NCBI GenBank assembly: GCA_963816145.1 | Contig: CAWFJP010000016.1 | Span: 32,001-96,000, forward strand | Origin: an uncultured delta proteobacterium | GTDB lineage: Bacteria; Desulfobacterota; Binatia; UBA9968 | Length of the DNA: 64,000 nucleotides | Reading direction: 5' to 3' | Part shown: one piece after another, positions 40,221 to 50,275 of the stretch | Position numbering within the stretch: position 1 is the first letter of the stretch | How the letters are laid out: the number at the start of each line of letters is the position of its first letter | The notes under the pieces: model-generated | Seen by the model: the letters and a program-made list of their open reading frames with translations, nothing else | Databases searched by the model: none | Told to the model about the DNA's origin: nothing | Program-made: the position numbers and the translations under genes

Positions 40221-40721
40221 ATGCAAGCCTGGTACGTCATTTATTCAAAGCCACAGAGGGAAGATCTCGCTCAGGTTAACTTGAAACTGCGAGGAGTCGA
40301 GGCTTTTTTCCCACGGCTTTTGTTACCGAAATTTTCGCGCAAGCAGAAGCCAGTGGTTCCGCTTTTCCCCAATTATCTCTTTGTTCGAATTGATTTTGAG
40401 AGGGCCTATGACTTTGTGCGTTGGACCCCGGGAGTGAAGTGCTTTGTCAGCTTTAATGACAATCCGATTCCGTTGCAAGACGGCGTAGCCGAATATCTTT
40501 TAAGCCGGGCGGATCAGAATGGGATTATTAGCGCACGCGCCGACTTAAAAAACGGCCAAGAGGTATGCATTTGTGGCGGGCCATTTGAGGGTCTGCTTGG
40601 AACCATCGAACGGTGTGCTGACGCCAAAGGGCGGGTAAAGGTTCTGATGCAATTATTGAGTCGCAATGTGAGCGTCGAGGTGCCTTTGCAATTTATTGAT
40701 ACCGGTTGGGTTATGAACTAA
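40221..40721 (+). CDS. NusG paralog antiterminator (RfaH/UpxY/LoaP type)
   Basis: WYVIYSKP, PLFPNYLFV, TPGV, GGPFEG KOW; heads a polysaccharide locus. Confidence 0.92.
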   Translation: MQAWYVIYSKPQREDLAQVNLKLRGVEAFFPRLLLPKFSRKQKPVVPLFPNYLFVRIDFERAYDFVRWTPGVKCFVSFNDNPIPLQDGVAEYLLSRADQNGIISARADLKNGQEVCICGGPFEGLLGTIERCADAKGRVKVLMQLLSRNVSVEVPLQFIDTGWVMN

Positions 40722-41205
40722 CAGAGCGGAAAGCTGATCTCGCGTCAAGCAGTATGCACTACGTATAGCACGCGCGGTTTAGTTACGTTGGCCGGTCGCC
40801 CAGCACGCGTGTAGCTAAGAATGATCGCTTGTTTTCATTATAGTTACTCGGATTAATCGCCTCGCAGTTGCCAACCGAGTTAGGCTACAAAGTCGGAAAG
40901 TGCAATAGGGCAAGTGGCCCGACCCTGCGGAGCTATGCCCGGCGGTGGCCCAACGCAAAATGCCGGTTTGAATTCTTCTAAAGGTTCTAATCGGGATATC
41001 CAAGTAGATGTGGTTGTCAATTGCATTTTTGATTACCGATTGTGGCGCGGTATTGGGCACCCGTACGGCTCAGAGCCGGAATCCCAATCTTTAGCGAGCA
41101 AGAGATAAATCGATAGGTAATTTTCGAAGGTCTATGTCCGGGCTGCTGGAGCTTGCCTTCCGAATACCTGATCCGCAGTCTTCCTTTGGGAAGTTTTGTA
41201 TCCAG

Positions 41206-42255
41206 ATGATTCATTTCCTAAAATTCTTTCTCGTCTGCGCACTCGTACTGACCGTGTCCGTAAGCGCGTGTGGGCCGACAAGTATTCAAAAACCATCTGA
41301 GGTTGTTGACGTTAAGACTGGATACGTTGCAGGAATTTCCGAGATCAATAAAGCGTTGGCGATGGTCGCCATGAATACCTCGTTGCCGAGTGCGGACTAC
41401 CAAATTGGGCCGGAAGATCTCCTGCAGATTAACCTCTTTAATATTCCAGAAGGTGAATCGAGAGTGACGCAGAGAACGGTGTCTGTTAGGGTTAGCCAGC
41501 AGGGGATGGTTTCTCTGGCTTTGATTGGAGAAATCAAAGTCACCGGTTTGACCCCGTCAGGTTTGGAGCGAGAGCTTAGAAATCATTATGATAAATACTT
41601 CCACAATCCCCAGGTTGGTGTTCTCGTGTCGGAATTTCGGCAGCGCGTCTCTGTGATTGGTGCCGTTCTTCGGCCCGGGGTCTTCGAACTTACCGGGCCC
41701 AAGACCGCAATCGACATACTCGCCATGGCTGGTGGGGTCACGGACAAGGCGGGAACCCAAGTTCAAGTCTATCGCCAGGGACCGAACGGACGGGAGAGTC
41801 ACGTCGTCGATTTGGTTGTCCTCGCCAGCAACGCCTCGTTAATAAATGCAAATAATGCGGGGTTGCTCACCATGCCCGTACAGGGAGGCGATGTTATCAA
41901 CGTTCCATCTGCGGGGATGTTCTTCGTCGATGGCGCGGTACTACGCCCAGGTTCGTATGCTTTAGGACGCCACTACTCGCTAACCCAAGCGCTGACCCTA
42001 GCTGGCGGCGTGAATCCAGACCTCTACTCTTCGGATATCACCATTTTCAGAAGGAAAGCATCCGCGGGAACGGAACCCATGACGGTAAATTTAAATACAA
42101 TCTTGGCGGGGTCGTCCAGCGATCCCAAAATCGAAGAGGATGATGTGATCCTAGTACCCATAAATGGCTTCAAGTATGCGTTTTTTCGTGTATTCGGACA
42201 GTTGCTTGGCTGGGGAACTTCGGTCGCCAGTACGGCAACTACGACCGGAAGCTAA
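41206..42255 (+). CDS. Wza-like polysaccharide export lipoprotein
   Basis: VSAC lipobox, DYQIGPEDLL, two SLBB domains. Confidence 0.9.
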   Translation: MIHFLKFFLVCALVLTVSVSACGPTSIQKPSEVVDVKTGYVAGISEINKALAMVAMNTSLPSADYQIGPEDLLQINLFNIPEGESRVTQRTVSVRVSQQGMVSLALIGEIKVTGLTPSGLERELRNHYDKYFHNPQVGVLVSEFRQRVSVIGAVLRPGVFELTGPKTAIDILAMAGGVTDKAGTQVQVYRQGPNGRESHVVDLVVLASNASLINANNAGLLTMPVQGGDVINVPSAGMFFVDGAVLRPGSYALGRHYSLTQALTLAGGVNPDLYSSDITIFRRKASAGTEPMTVNLNTILAGSSSDPKIEEDDVILVPINGFKYAFFRVFGQLLGWGTSVASTATTTGS

Positions 42256-42482
42256 GAGCTCGATAGCAATAATTGGTCTGGTTTTCATGCTTCGCGTTAG
42301 CATTCCTAAAGGTCAGGATTCATGCAGCACAATCGCGCAGCCATGTTATCGTTGGGGCAATAAGCGGCACCAAGTTATTTTTGGTGGCTCGCTAATTGGC
42401 TGCGCCTGAATAGTAAACTGTCCGTGCAAACTACCCGAAGTGCAAGACCGCCTGATCGAGGCAGGTTGCTGCAGTCCCGAGA

Positions 42483-45400
42483 GTGACTTGGGGCGTTTGG
42501 CGATGGCAAGCAATCAAAAATTTTTTCCGGCGCCCACTCAGATTCCCGCGTGAAATCGATCATTCGGGTCATTTCTATTACTCTGCTCAGGAAGAACTGC
42601 ACCTCCGAGATTATTGGAAAATCGTCGTAAAGCGACGGCGTCTGATTTTTATTGTTTTTGTCATATTGTTGGGATTTGGCGCCTACTTCAATTATACGGC
42701 GACACCCATGTATACCGCCAAATCAATTCTTAAGCTTGATCCTCAGAATCCAGTTGTGACCGGTTTAGGCCAGACGATGCCGTCGGAAGCCGGTTCGGGG
42801 GGCGAGTACTTTCAGACGCAGCTTGTAATTCTGAATAGCCGCTCTTTAGCAGCGCGGGTGATTACCGATTTGAGGTTAGAGAAAAATGCAGTCTTTACCA
42901 GCACTCCTCTGGTCGGGTCGAACGGGGTAAAGCGATTACGGGCTTGGCTGCTAACTCCGATAAGATTCCTTCTCTCGATCCCTTCTTGGTTCAGACGGGA
43001 AAACCCCAAGGCTACCTCAGCTTCAACAGGTTCCCAGCAACAGCCTGGCTTGGGCGTTGACCCAGCTCTCATTGATCGTTACACGGGTTTTCTTGACGTG
43101 CAGCTGGTAAAGGGCACGCGCTTGGTCGAATTAGAGGCGACCACGCCTGACCCACAGCTATCTAAGCAAATGGCCGATGAGCACGGCGCAGCGTTTATTC
43201 GCATGAATCGAGAGACTCGGTTCAACCTAACTAGGGAAGCCATGGTTTTTTTAGACTCAAAAAACGGTGAGCTCAAGGATAAACTCGAAAAGTCGGAGCT
43301 TGCGCTTAATAACTTTCGTCAGCAATACGGCGTCGTTTCTCTGGATAAAGGCGAGAATGTCTTTGTTGATCGATTGACTGAGCTGAATCGGCAGTTAACC
43401 TTAGCTCGGGCGCAACGCATTGAAACCGAATCGCTCCATAAGATGGTGGAAGATAAGAACGCCCAATACCTCTCGCAAGTAATCAACAATACTGCCATTG
43501 TCCAACTAAAGGCTAGTCTGGCCAATTTGGAAGCTGAGCAGGCTCGAGTCTCGACGACCTTTAAGCCAAACCACCCTCGCTTTTTGGAATTGACCCAGCA
43601 GATTGCCGAAGCGCGCCGGGCATTAAATAACGAGATCGGCAACATCGTACAGGGGATTGGGTCCAACTTTCGCGCGGCCCGCGCGCGAGAGCAAGCGCTG
43701 CAGGCGGAAGTGAACAAACAGCAACAAGTCGCTCTTAATATGAAACAGATCGGAGTCCAATACGCCGTTCTGCAGGAGGAAGTCAACGTCAATCGTACCC
43801 TGTATGAAAGCGTGCTAAAGCGATTAAGCGAAACAGCTGTGTCGAACGACGTCGCAGTCTCCAATATCCAGATAGTGGAAAAAGGGGAAATGCCCCTTGG
43901 TCCTTCCTCGCCACAAAAAGAGTTTAATTTGCTTTTTGCAGGCGCCCTGGGGATTTTCCTCGGAGTCGGCCTCGCTTTTTGTTTGGAATATTTTGATTCG
44001 CGCGTTAGCACCCCCGAAATGGTGTGGCGTGTTACCGCCAAACCGACCCTCGGAGCGGTGCCTCACACGACCTCTTTGAGTCATTTTCACGGCGGGCGTC
44101 GCCCTCCTAGGGTGTCTTCGAGGCACTTGCCCATGCTTGACTGGCTACGAACCTCGAGTACCCCCAACAAGGGCCTGCTCCTGTCTGAGCAACCGGCACC
44201 CATCATCGCCGATTCGTTCCGTACCATCCGTACGGCGCTCTTTTTCTCTCAGGCAGCAAAGCCGCCCCAAGTGATTCTCATAACCAGCGCATCACCGGGG
44301 GAAGGCAAGACCGTAACGACCCTGAATCTTGCGATCGCTTTAGCCCAGGGGGGGAAATCGGTATTGGTGATCGATGCCGATCTGCGCAGAGGCCGTTGTC
44401 ACAGGGCGTTCGGCCTGCCAAATCATCGAGGGCTTACCGACGTGTTGACCGGAAACCTTGCCGTAGAAGAAAGTGCTTGGCCAACCGCGGTGAGCGGACT
44501 CTCACTCCTGCCGCGAGGGCCTGTTCCGCCCTATCCACCCGATCTTCTGGGTTCAGAAAAGATGCGGGAAGTATTGGAGACGTTGCGTCGTTCTTTTGAC
44601 CTTATCGTGATCGACTCTCCGCCGGTGACTGCCATGGCTGATGCGGCGGTTCTCTCTGCACTTTGTGATGGTGTGATCCTGGTGGTTAATGGCCAGAGCA
44701 CTCCGGCCGGTTTGGCGCGACAAGCGATGGAGCGATTAGCGGTTGTGCAGGCGCGCATTTTAGGAGTCGTGCTTAACGGCGTCGATATCCGCAATCCGGA
44801 ATACTCGTATTATAGCAATTACGTAGATTCGGTTGAGGAAGATCAGCCGCAGGGCAATTTCAAACCTCATATGGAAGCTGCGCCTGAAGAGCAGCCATCC
44901 GAGATAATAGAGGCTAGTTACGATGCGTCGGGGGTGGCAGATAAGCCGCAGAACGGCGCAGACAAAACCGTAGAACTCAAACCTAAAGACCAGGTGAGCA
45001 AGGCAAAATTAGCGAGTTACGAAGCATCGGCACTTGCGGATGGGCCGCAGAATGACGGGGTCAAAATCATAGAAGGCGCCTCTGAAGACCAGGTAACTAA
45101 GACAGAACCGGCTGGTCACGAAGCAAAGACGGTGGCGCATAGGCCGCCGAACGGCGGAAGCAAAACGAGTGAATGCGCGCTAGAAGAGCAATCATCCGGG
45201 ACGGAACTGGCCAGTTACCATGAGTCGGCGGTAGCGGACAAGCCGCGGATCGGCGCAGCCAAAACCGTCGACCCCACGCCTAAAGTGCGGCCATCCGAGA
45301 TCAAACCGGCTAGTTACGCTGTATCGGCTGAGGCTGATAAGCCGCGGAACGGCAGAAACGAAACTGTGGAACCTGTGCCTGAAGAGCAGCTATCCGAGAT

Positions 45401-45662
45401 AAATCCGGTGCCGCGAGAACCGGGACCAGAATATGTACCGGAAGAATTTATTCAGCATGTAATTTCTACACTTTGCAAAGCGGTGGGACCGATGGCTCCG
45501 ATCATCATGGATGATCATATTCGATCTCTCGGAGAGTCTCGAGGCGCTTTCCCCAAGCATCGCCTAACAGAACTTTGCGATAGAGTGTGCCAAGAAATTC
45601 TTAGTGAGACATTGAGGGCCGATTTTAGACGAACCATGCAAAGAGAACTCAGAGCAATTTAA
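42483..45662 (+). CDS. Wzc/GumC polysaccharide co-polymerase BY-kinase with long C-terminal extension
   Basis: LRDYW, coiled coil, SPGEGKT, IDADLR, IDSPP, Tyr cluster YSYYSNY, then ~280 extra aa. Confidence 0.92.
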   Translation: MTWGVWRWQAIKNFFRRPLRFPREIDHSGHFYYSAQEELHLRDYWKIVVKRRRLIFIVFVILLGFGAYFNYTATPMYTAKSILKLDPQNPVVTGLGQTMPSEAGSGGEYFQTQLVILNSRSLAARVITDLRLEKNAVFTSTPLVGSNGVKRLRAWLLTPIRFLLSIPSWFRRENPKATSASTGSQQQPGLGVDPALIDRYTGFLDVQLVKGTRLVELEATTPDPQLSKQMADEHGAAFIRMNRETRFNLTREAMVFLDSKNGELKDKLEKSELALNNFRQQYGVVSLDKGENVFVDRLTELNRQLTLARAQRIETESLHKMVEDKNAQYLSQVINNTAIVQLKASLANLEAEQARVSTTFKPNHPRFLELTQQIAEARRALNNEIGNIVQGIGSNFRAARAREQALQAEVNKQQQVALNMKQIGVQYAVLQEEVNVNRTLYESVLKRLSETAVSNDVAVSNIQIVEKGEMPLGPSSPQKEFNLLFAGALGIFLGVGLAFCLEYFDSRVSTPEMVWRVTAKPTLGAVPHTTSLSHFHGGRRPPRVSSRHLPMLDWLRTSSTPNKGLLLSEQPAPIIADSFRTIRTALFFSQAAKPPQVILITSASPGEGKTVTTLNLAIALAQGGKSVLVIDADLRRGRCHRAFGLPNHRGLTDVLTGNLAVEESAWPTAVSGLSLLPRGPVPPYPPDLLGSEKMREVLETLRRSFDLIVIDSPPVTAMADAAVLSALCDGVILVVNGQSTPAGLARQAMERLAVVQARILGVVLNGVDIRNPEYSYYSNYVDSVEEDQPQGNFKPHMEAAPEEQPSEIIEASYDASGVADKPQNGADKTVELKPKDQVSKAKLASYEASALADGPQNDGVKIIEGASEDQVTKTEPAGHEAKTVAHRPPNGGSKTSECALEEQSSGTELASYHESAVADKPRIGAAKTVDPTPKVRPSEIKPASYAVSAEADKPRNGRNETVEPVPEEQLSEINPVPREPGPEYVPEEFIQHVISTLCKAVGPMAPIIMDDHIRSLGESRGAFPKHRLTELCDRVCQEILSETLRADFRRTMQRELRAI
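44874..45407 (+). repeat. Intragenic 99-bp (33-aa) tandem repeat, ~5.4 copies
   Basis: Units start at 44874, 44973, 45072, 45171, 45270, 45369; consensus E..PEEQ.S....ASY..SA.ADKP.NG..KTV. Confidence 0.85.
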
Positions 45663-45864
45663 TCTAAGCACAGCCAGGGCGGTCACTTACGGATATCAAC
45701 TTGAAATGTGTTGCGCTGCACGCGATGTTACACAAGCACCGCTTTTCTCGAATGAATTGCCTGAGCCGTATTGAAAAACCTCGGTCTAACCGTCTGGGAA
45801 AGTTTCTCAACGAGCTCGATGGCTCTGCGATTTTTGGCATCGGACCGCACTATTAAGAACCGCC

Positions 45865-46662
45865 ATGAAAAATATTCAAATTAAAAAACTTTATTATTTA
45901 CTAATTTTGATTTTTGTTCTGGCGCTTTCCTACTATTTCAAACCGAAGCTTTCTATATTCGCGCAACAATCTTCCACCCAGCAGGCTCAAGCAGCGCCTA
46001 CGAGCGGACTCGTCGCGTTCTGGAAATTTGACGAACGTTCAGGCAGCACCGCATCTGATTCCTCAAAAAACAGCAACACGTTAGTCTTAAGCAACGGCGC
46101 GACTTGGACTGCCGGTAAAATTGGTGGTGCTGTTTACACGAACGGGAAAGATAACCTTCTTCGCGCTAATCCGGCTTCATTTGATTTTAATGGAGACATT
46201 ACCGTCGCAACTTGGATTAAACAGGAGTTGACTGGCGGGAATGATTTACAATCAACCTTAATAGTCTCGGCGGATAGCTCCGGTGCCAGAAAGTTTTCCG
46301 CTTTCCTGGATCGAGCCAACAAAAGATTTTGTATTCAAACAACAAATATTGATTCCTGTACCGAATCGAATACGTACACAGTCATCGGCTCGTGGTTCCA
46401 TTTTGCGCTAACTAAATCGCGTAAGACAGCCAAAGTTTACATTAATGGTTCAGCTCTCAACAGTGATCTCGTCACGGAAAATGCAATCGGGAATGATATT
46501 GGGATAGGCAGATATACAACGGCCGACTCCAGAGGATGCAATTGCTCTTTCGACGAATTCAGCGGTGTATGATCGCGCCCTTTCTCCCCGGGAAATCGCT
46601 GCACTCTATAGCGATGCTGGTGCTCCGTCCGTCTCCGCCGCGACCAAGTTTCCCCCGAACTG
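45865..46662 (+). CDS. Exported LamG-like jellyroll protein (frameshift near 46560)
   Basis: GLVAFWKFDE.SG..A.DSS, W..GK.GGA, W.H.A; YDRALS..EI..LY continues in another frame; AT-rich. Confidence 0.7.
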
Positions 46663-46719
46663 ATTTCGGCTTTCTTCCACCGCCAACTCATACACTTCCT
46701 TTTTGATACCATTACAACC

Positions 46720-48573
46720 GTGGCAACTCATATCCTGGGTATTTCCGCCTATTATCACGACTCTGCAGCGGCATTGATCCGTGACGGCGAGATTATGGCG
46801 GCAGCTCAGGAGGAACGCTTCACGCGCCGAAAATTCGACGCTAGATTTCCACGAAACGCCATAACCTATTGCCTTCAAGAGGCCGGAATTGAAGTAAGTC
46901 AACTCGACCACGTGGCATTCTACGAAAAGCCGCTGGTCAAATTCGACCGGCTGATCGAGACTTATTTGGCGTTCGTTCCCGGAGGTTTTCAATCATTCAA
47001 AGAAGCGATGCCGGTTTGGGCAGGAACCAAACTGCACATAGGAGAGAGGATTAAAGCGGGTTTAGGACCAAGCTTTTCCGGTGAACTTCATTTCGCCGAC
47101 CACCATGAATCTCACGCCTCCAGCGCGTTTTTCCCTTCACCATTCGAGGAAGCCGCGATCCTGACCCTGGATGCAGTGGGTGAATGGAGTACCAGTTCAA
47201 TCGGGATAGGACGCGCCAATAAGATTACGCTGACCCACGAGATGCGCTTTCCTCATTCCTTGGGAATGCTCTACTCGGCTTTTACCTATTACACGGGATT
47301 TCAGGTCAATTCGGGCGAATACAAGCTGATGGGATTGGCGCCCTACGGTCAGCCCAAATATACCGACGTCATCTTGGATAAGATCGTCGACGTTATGGAT
47401 GATGGCTCGATCCACCTGGATATGTCCTATTTTAATTATTGTCAGGGCCTGACGATGACATCGACGAAGTTTCACGACTTGTTCGGTGGACCGCCGCGCA
47501 AATCCGAATCCTTTATCACTCAGAAGGAGATGGATTTGGCGGCGTCGATCCAGCGTGTCTGTGAGGATGTGGTGTTGCAGGCGACGCGGCACACGCAAAA
47601 ATTGACCGGAATGCGAAATCTAGTGATGGCGGGGGGGGTGGCACTCAACTGCGTCGCCAATGGCCGGATCCTTCGCGAGGGACCGTTCGGCAATTTATGG
47701 ATTCAGCCCGCTGCCGGAGATGCCGGTGGGGCCCTTGGCGCTGCGTTGCTCGTTTGGCACCACCTGCTCGACAAACCAAGACATCTCGAGGAACACGACC
47801 GGCAGAAGGGCTCGCTCCTCGGCCCGTCATTCAGCAATGATGATATCGGTGTTTTCTTGGACTCGTTAGGCGCACCGTATGAATGCATTAACGAGGAAGG
47901 TCGTTTGATCGATCGCGTTGCCGGCCTTTTGGCACAGCAAAAAATTGTTGGTTGGTTTCATGGACGCATGGAATACGGTCCTCGTGCCCTCGGTAGTCGA
48001 AGCATTATCGGTGACGCCCGTTCGCCGGATATGCAGCAGGTGATGAACTTGAAGATCAAGTTCCGCGAATCGTTCCGGCCTTTTGCGCCTTGTGTATTGC
48101 GAGAGTTTGCGCACGAAGTGTTTGAGATGCAGCCCGACGAAGAAAGCCCTTACATGATGTTCGTGGCGCCCGTGCGAGAATCGCTGCGAACCGTGCTGAC
48201 CCCGGAGGATCGAGCCAAGATGGAAGATCCCGATTTAAGAATCAGGGTTTCCGTGCCGAGGTCGACGATTCCGGCTGTCACCCACGTCGATAATTCAGCG
48301 CGCATTCAGACGGTTGATCCCCATCGCCATGGACGTTTTTACCGATTGATGCGGCGTTTTTACGAATTGACGGGTTGTCCAGTCATCGTCAATACCAGTT
48401 TTAACATCCGCGGCGAACCGATCGTATGTAATTTTGACGAGGCGTACCGGTGCTTTATGGGATCCCACATCGATTGTCTGGTTCTGGAAAACTATCTGCT
48501 CCTAAAGGATGATCAGCCGCCCGAACTGCTCCAGGACTCAGAGACTTATCAGGCGCAATTCGCCCTAGATTGA
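46720..48573 (+). CDS. CmcH/NodU/SxtI-family O-carbamoyltransferase
   Basis: YYHDSAA, QEERF, HHESHA, GEYKLMGLA, AGGVALN, GPRALG.RS, FRPFAP, NTSFN. Confidence 0.96.
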   Translation: MATHILGISAYYHDSAAALIRDGEIMAAAQEERFTRRKFDARFPRNAITYCLQEAGIEVSQLDHVAFYEKPLVKFDRLIETYLAFVPGGFQSFKEAMPVWAGTKLHIGERIKAGLGPSFSGELHFADHHESHASSAFFPSPFEEAAILTLDAVGEWSTSSIGIGRANKITLTHEMRFPHSLGMLYSAFTYYTGFQVNSGEYKLMGLAPYGQPKYTDVILDKIVDVMDDGSIHLDMSYFNYCQGLTMTSTKFHDLFGGPPRKSESFITQKEMDLAASIQRVCEDVVLQATRHTQKLTGMRNLVMAGGVALNCVANGRILREGPFGNLWIQPAAGDAGGALGAALLVWHHLLDKPRHLEEHDRQKGSLLGPSFSNDDIGVFLDSLGAPYECINEEGRLIDRVAGLLAQQKIVGWFHGRMEYGPRALGSRSIIGDARSPDMQQVMNLKIKFRESFRPFAPCVLREFAHEVFEMQPDEESPYMMFVAPVRESLRTVLTPEDRAKMEDPDLRIRVSVPRSTIPAVTHVDNSARIQTVDPHRHGRFYRLMRRFYELTGCPVIVNTSFNIRGEPIVCNFDEAYRCFMGSHIDCLVLENYLLLKDDQPPELLQDSETYQAQFALD

Positions 48574-48577
48574 CCTT

Positions 48578-49138
48578 ATGATAACTCTGCCGCCCATTGA
48601 ATTCGCCTGCCTCAAGATTTTCTCCATGGTCATCGGAGTTTGCGCGGGAGCCTGCGTGACGGGTTTTTTAGCGCTGCTAGGAATGCCTGGCCCCATCATA
48701 GTGGGGGGCATGGTTGCTTTATCCATTGCTGTATCCGGATTTCTGGTCCCTTCATTTTCGCGATTTCTGTATCGAGCTTGGAATCGGATCGCGATCGAAT
48801 TTGCCAAATGTATGGGCAAGATCGTAATGGGAATTTGCTACTACGTGATTTTGCTTGCCGTGGGATCGACGGGGTCGACGATTAGCCTAAAGGACCAAGG
48901 CGATCGTAAGTCCATGTGGCTTCACCGCGGCATGATTGCGCCGGATATCGATTCGAAACAGCACGCAATGACGACCGACGATCCGCTGCAGCCTAACTGG
49001 ATTCCGTCATTCGTATCTTGGGCGGTGAAATCAGGAAACTTCTGGAGATGTTCGTTAATACCGTTCATTATTTTGTTGGCAAGTTTCGACAGCTCTCGGG
49101 AAGAAACCGTGCCGACGGATATTTATACTCTTTATTAA
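48578..49138 (+). CDS. Membrane protein, SxtJ-like fused to SxtK/DUF5989-like C-terminus
   Basis: TM helices, LYRAW...ICYYVIL..G, C-terminal DIYTLY; immediately after carbamoyltransferase. Confidence 0.65.
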   Translation: MITLPPIEFACLKIFSMVIGVCAGACVTGFLALLGMPGPIIVGGMVALSIAVSGFLVPSFSRFLYRAWNRIAIEFAKCMGKIVMGICYYVILLAVGSTGSTISLKDQGDRKSMWLHRGMIAPDIDSKQHAMTTDDPLQPNWIPSFVSWAVKSGNFWRCSLIPFIILLASFDSSREETVPTDIYTLY

Positions 49139-49155
49139 CTTAAGTAGTTGTCACA

Positions 49156-50247
49156 ATGTTGAGGACGATTCTAGAGATGATCGCGGCACTGGCGGCAATG
49201 CTTCTGCTGACACCGGTTGTCATTCTGGCAATTCCCTTCTGGACCATGGCTCTGCTTATGCGCTACTGCTCGTCTCTGTTCGTGCCGCGCGCCGCCTCTT
49301 GGGAAAGCGTGATTGAATTCGATTCATGCACGGGTTGGAAACCCAGGTCCAATTTAAACGCCCATTGTTCTTTTGTCGCCGGAACGTTCCATGTAAAGAC
49401 TGACTCGCAAGGATGGCGGGGTGTGGGAGATATACCCCAATGCCACGTGCTCGCCCTCGGCGATTCCGTCGCGTTCGGCTTCGGAGTGAACGACCGGGAC
49501 GCATTTTTTTCCCGGGTTGATTCCGGGGTTCGAGTCAAAGCGGTCGGCGCTCCCGGCTACAACATGGTGCAAGAAGTCTTGTGGCTGGAAAAGTTGGCTC
49601 CGCAACTCAGGGGCAAACTCGTCGTCTGGTTTATCTGTCTGGGAAACGATCTATACGACAATATAATTCCCAACTTGTACCAATACCGAATGCCCTTTGT
49701 CCGAAAAGCGAATGGAGCGGGAACTTGGGAAATAGTGACCGAGCACATCAAGAAAGCGAGATGGCCGTACAATCCCGAAGCCAATCCCCGATTGAAAGAA
49801 AAATGGGAAGCCACTTTTACGGACAGATTTTTGGGACAACGGGCCTATTCCGCCTGTGCTTTTTTAATTGAAAAGGGTCGAGACATCTGTATCCGGGAGG
49901 GCTCGGGGCTGGTGGTGATGACCGTGCCGTTGATGAATCAGTTCGACCGACAACGGTGGGAGCGTACGTTTCTGCCCTTCGGTGGCGCCGACCGGTTTGA
50001 CCCTGATTTGCCCGATAGGCAGATAGGCGACATCTGCGCGCGGCTGAATGTGTCGTTTCTCTCGGGCAGAGATTACGTTCAACTGGCCGATCACATCGAA
50101 CGGGACGGGCATTGGAATGAATTTGGTCATGTTCGTATTGCCCGCCTGCTGCAATCGCTCCATGAGCAGCATGTTTCGGGCGGGGTTTCTACCACGAGAG
50201 GAATTTGTTCGTCTCTAGCATTTACCCCGGTCCCGCACGCCCCCTAA
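49156..50247 (+). CDS. Membrane-anchored SGNH/GDSL hydrolase-family protein
   Basis: ALGDSVAFG, GAPGY, GND, DGHWN..GH. Confidence 0.85.
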   Translation: MLRTILEMIAALAAMLLLTPVVILAIPFWTMALLMRYCSSLFVPRAASWESVIEFDSCTGWKPRSNLNAHCSFVAGTFHVKTDSQGWRGVGDIPQCHVLALGDSVAFGFGVNDRDAFFSRVDSGVRVKAVGAPGYNMVQEVLWLEKLAPQLRGKLVVWFICLGNDLYDNIIPNLYQYRMPFVRKANGAGTWEIVTEHIKKARWPYNPEANPRLKEKWEATFTDRFLGQRAYSACAFLIEKGRDICIREGSGLVVMTVPLMNQFDRQRWERTFLPFGGADRFDPDLPDRQIGDICARLNVSFLSGRDYVQLADHIERDGHWNEFGHVRIARLLQSLHEQHVSGGVSTTRGICSSLAFTPVPHAP

Positions 50248-50275
50248 TCTATCTTTTGCCAGAGAGCTAGTACGC

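Noticed and set aside
42420-42482. c-di-GMP-I riboswitch-like GCAAAC...GAA motif before wzc
   Set aside because: P2 stem and GACGCAAAG core cannot be formed convincingly; needs an Infernal/Rfam scan
44874-45407. CRISPR-like periodicity
   Set aside because: In-frame, degenerate 99-bp coding repeat with no repeat-spacer structure or cas genes
46720-49138. Saxitoxin biosynthesis (sxtI/J/K)
   Set aside because: No sxtA/G/B or other core genes; context is surface polysaccharide
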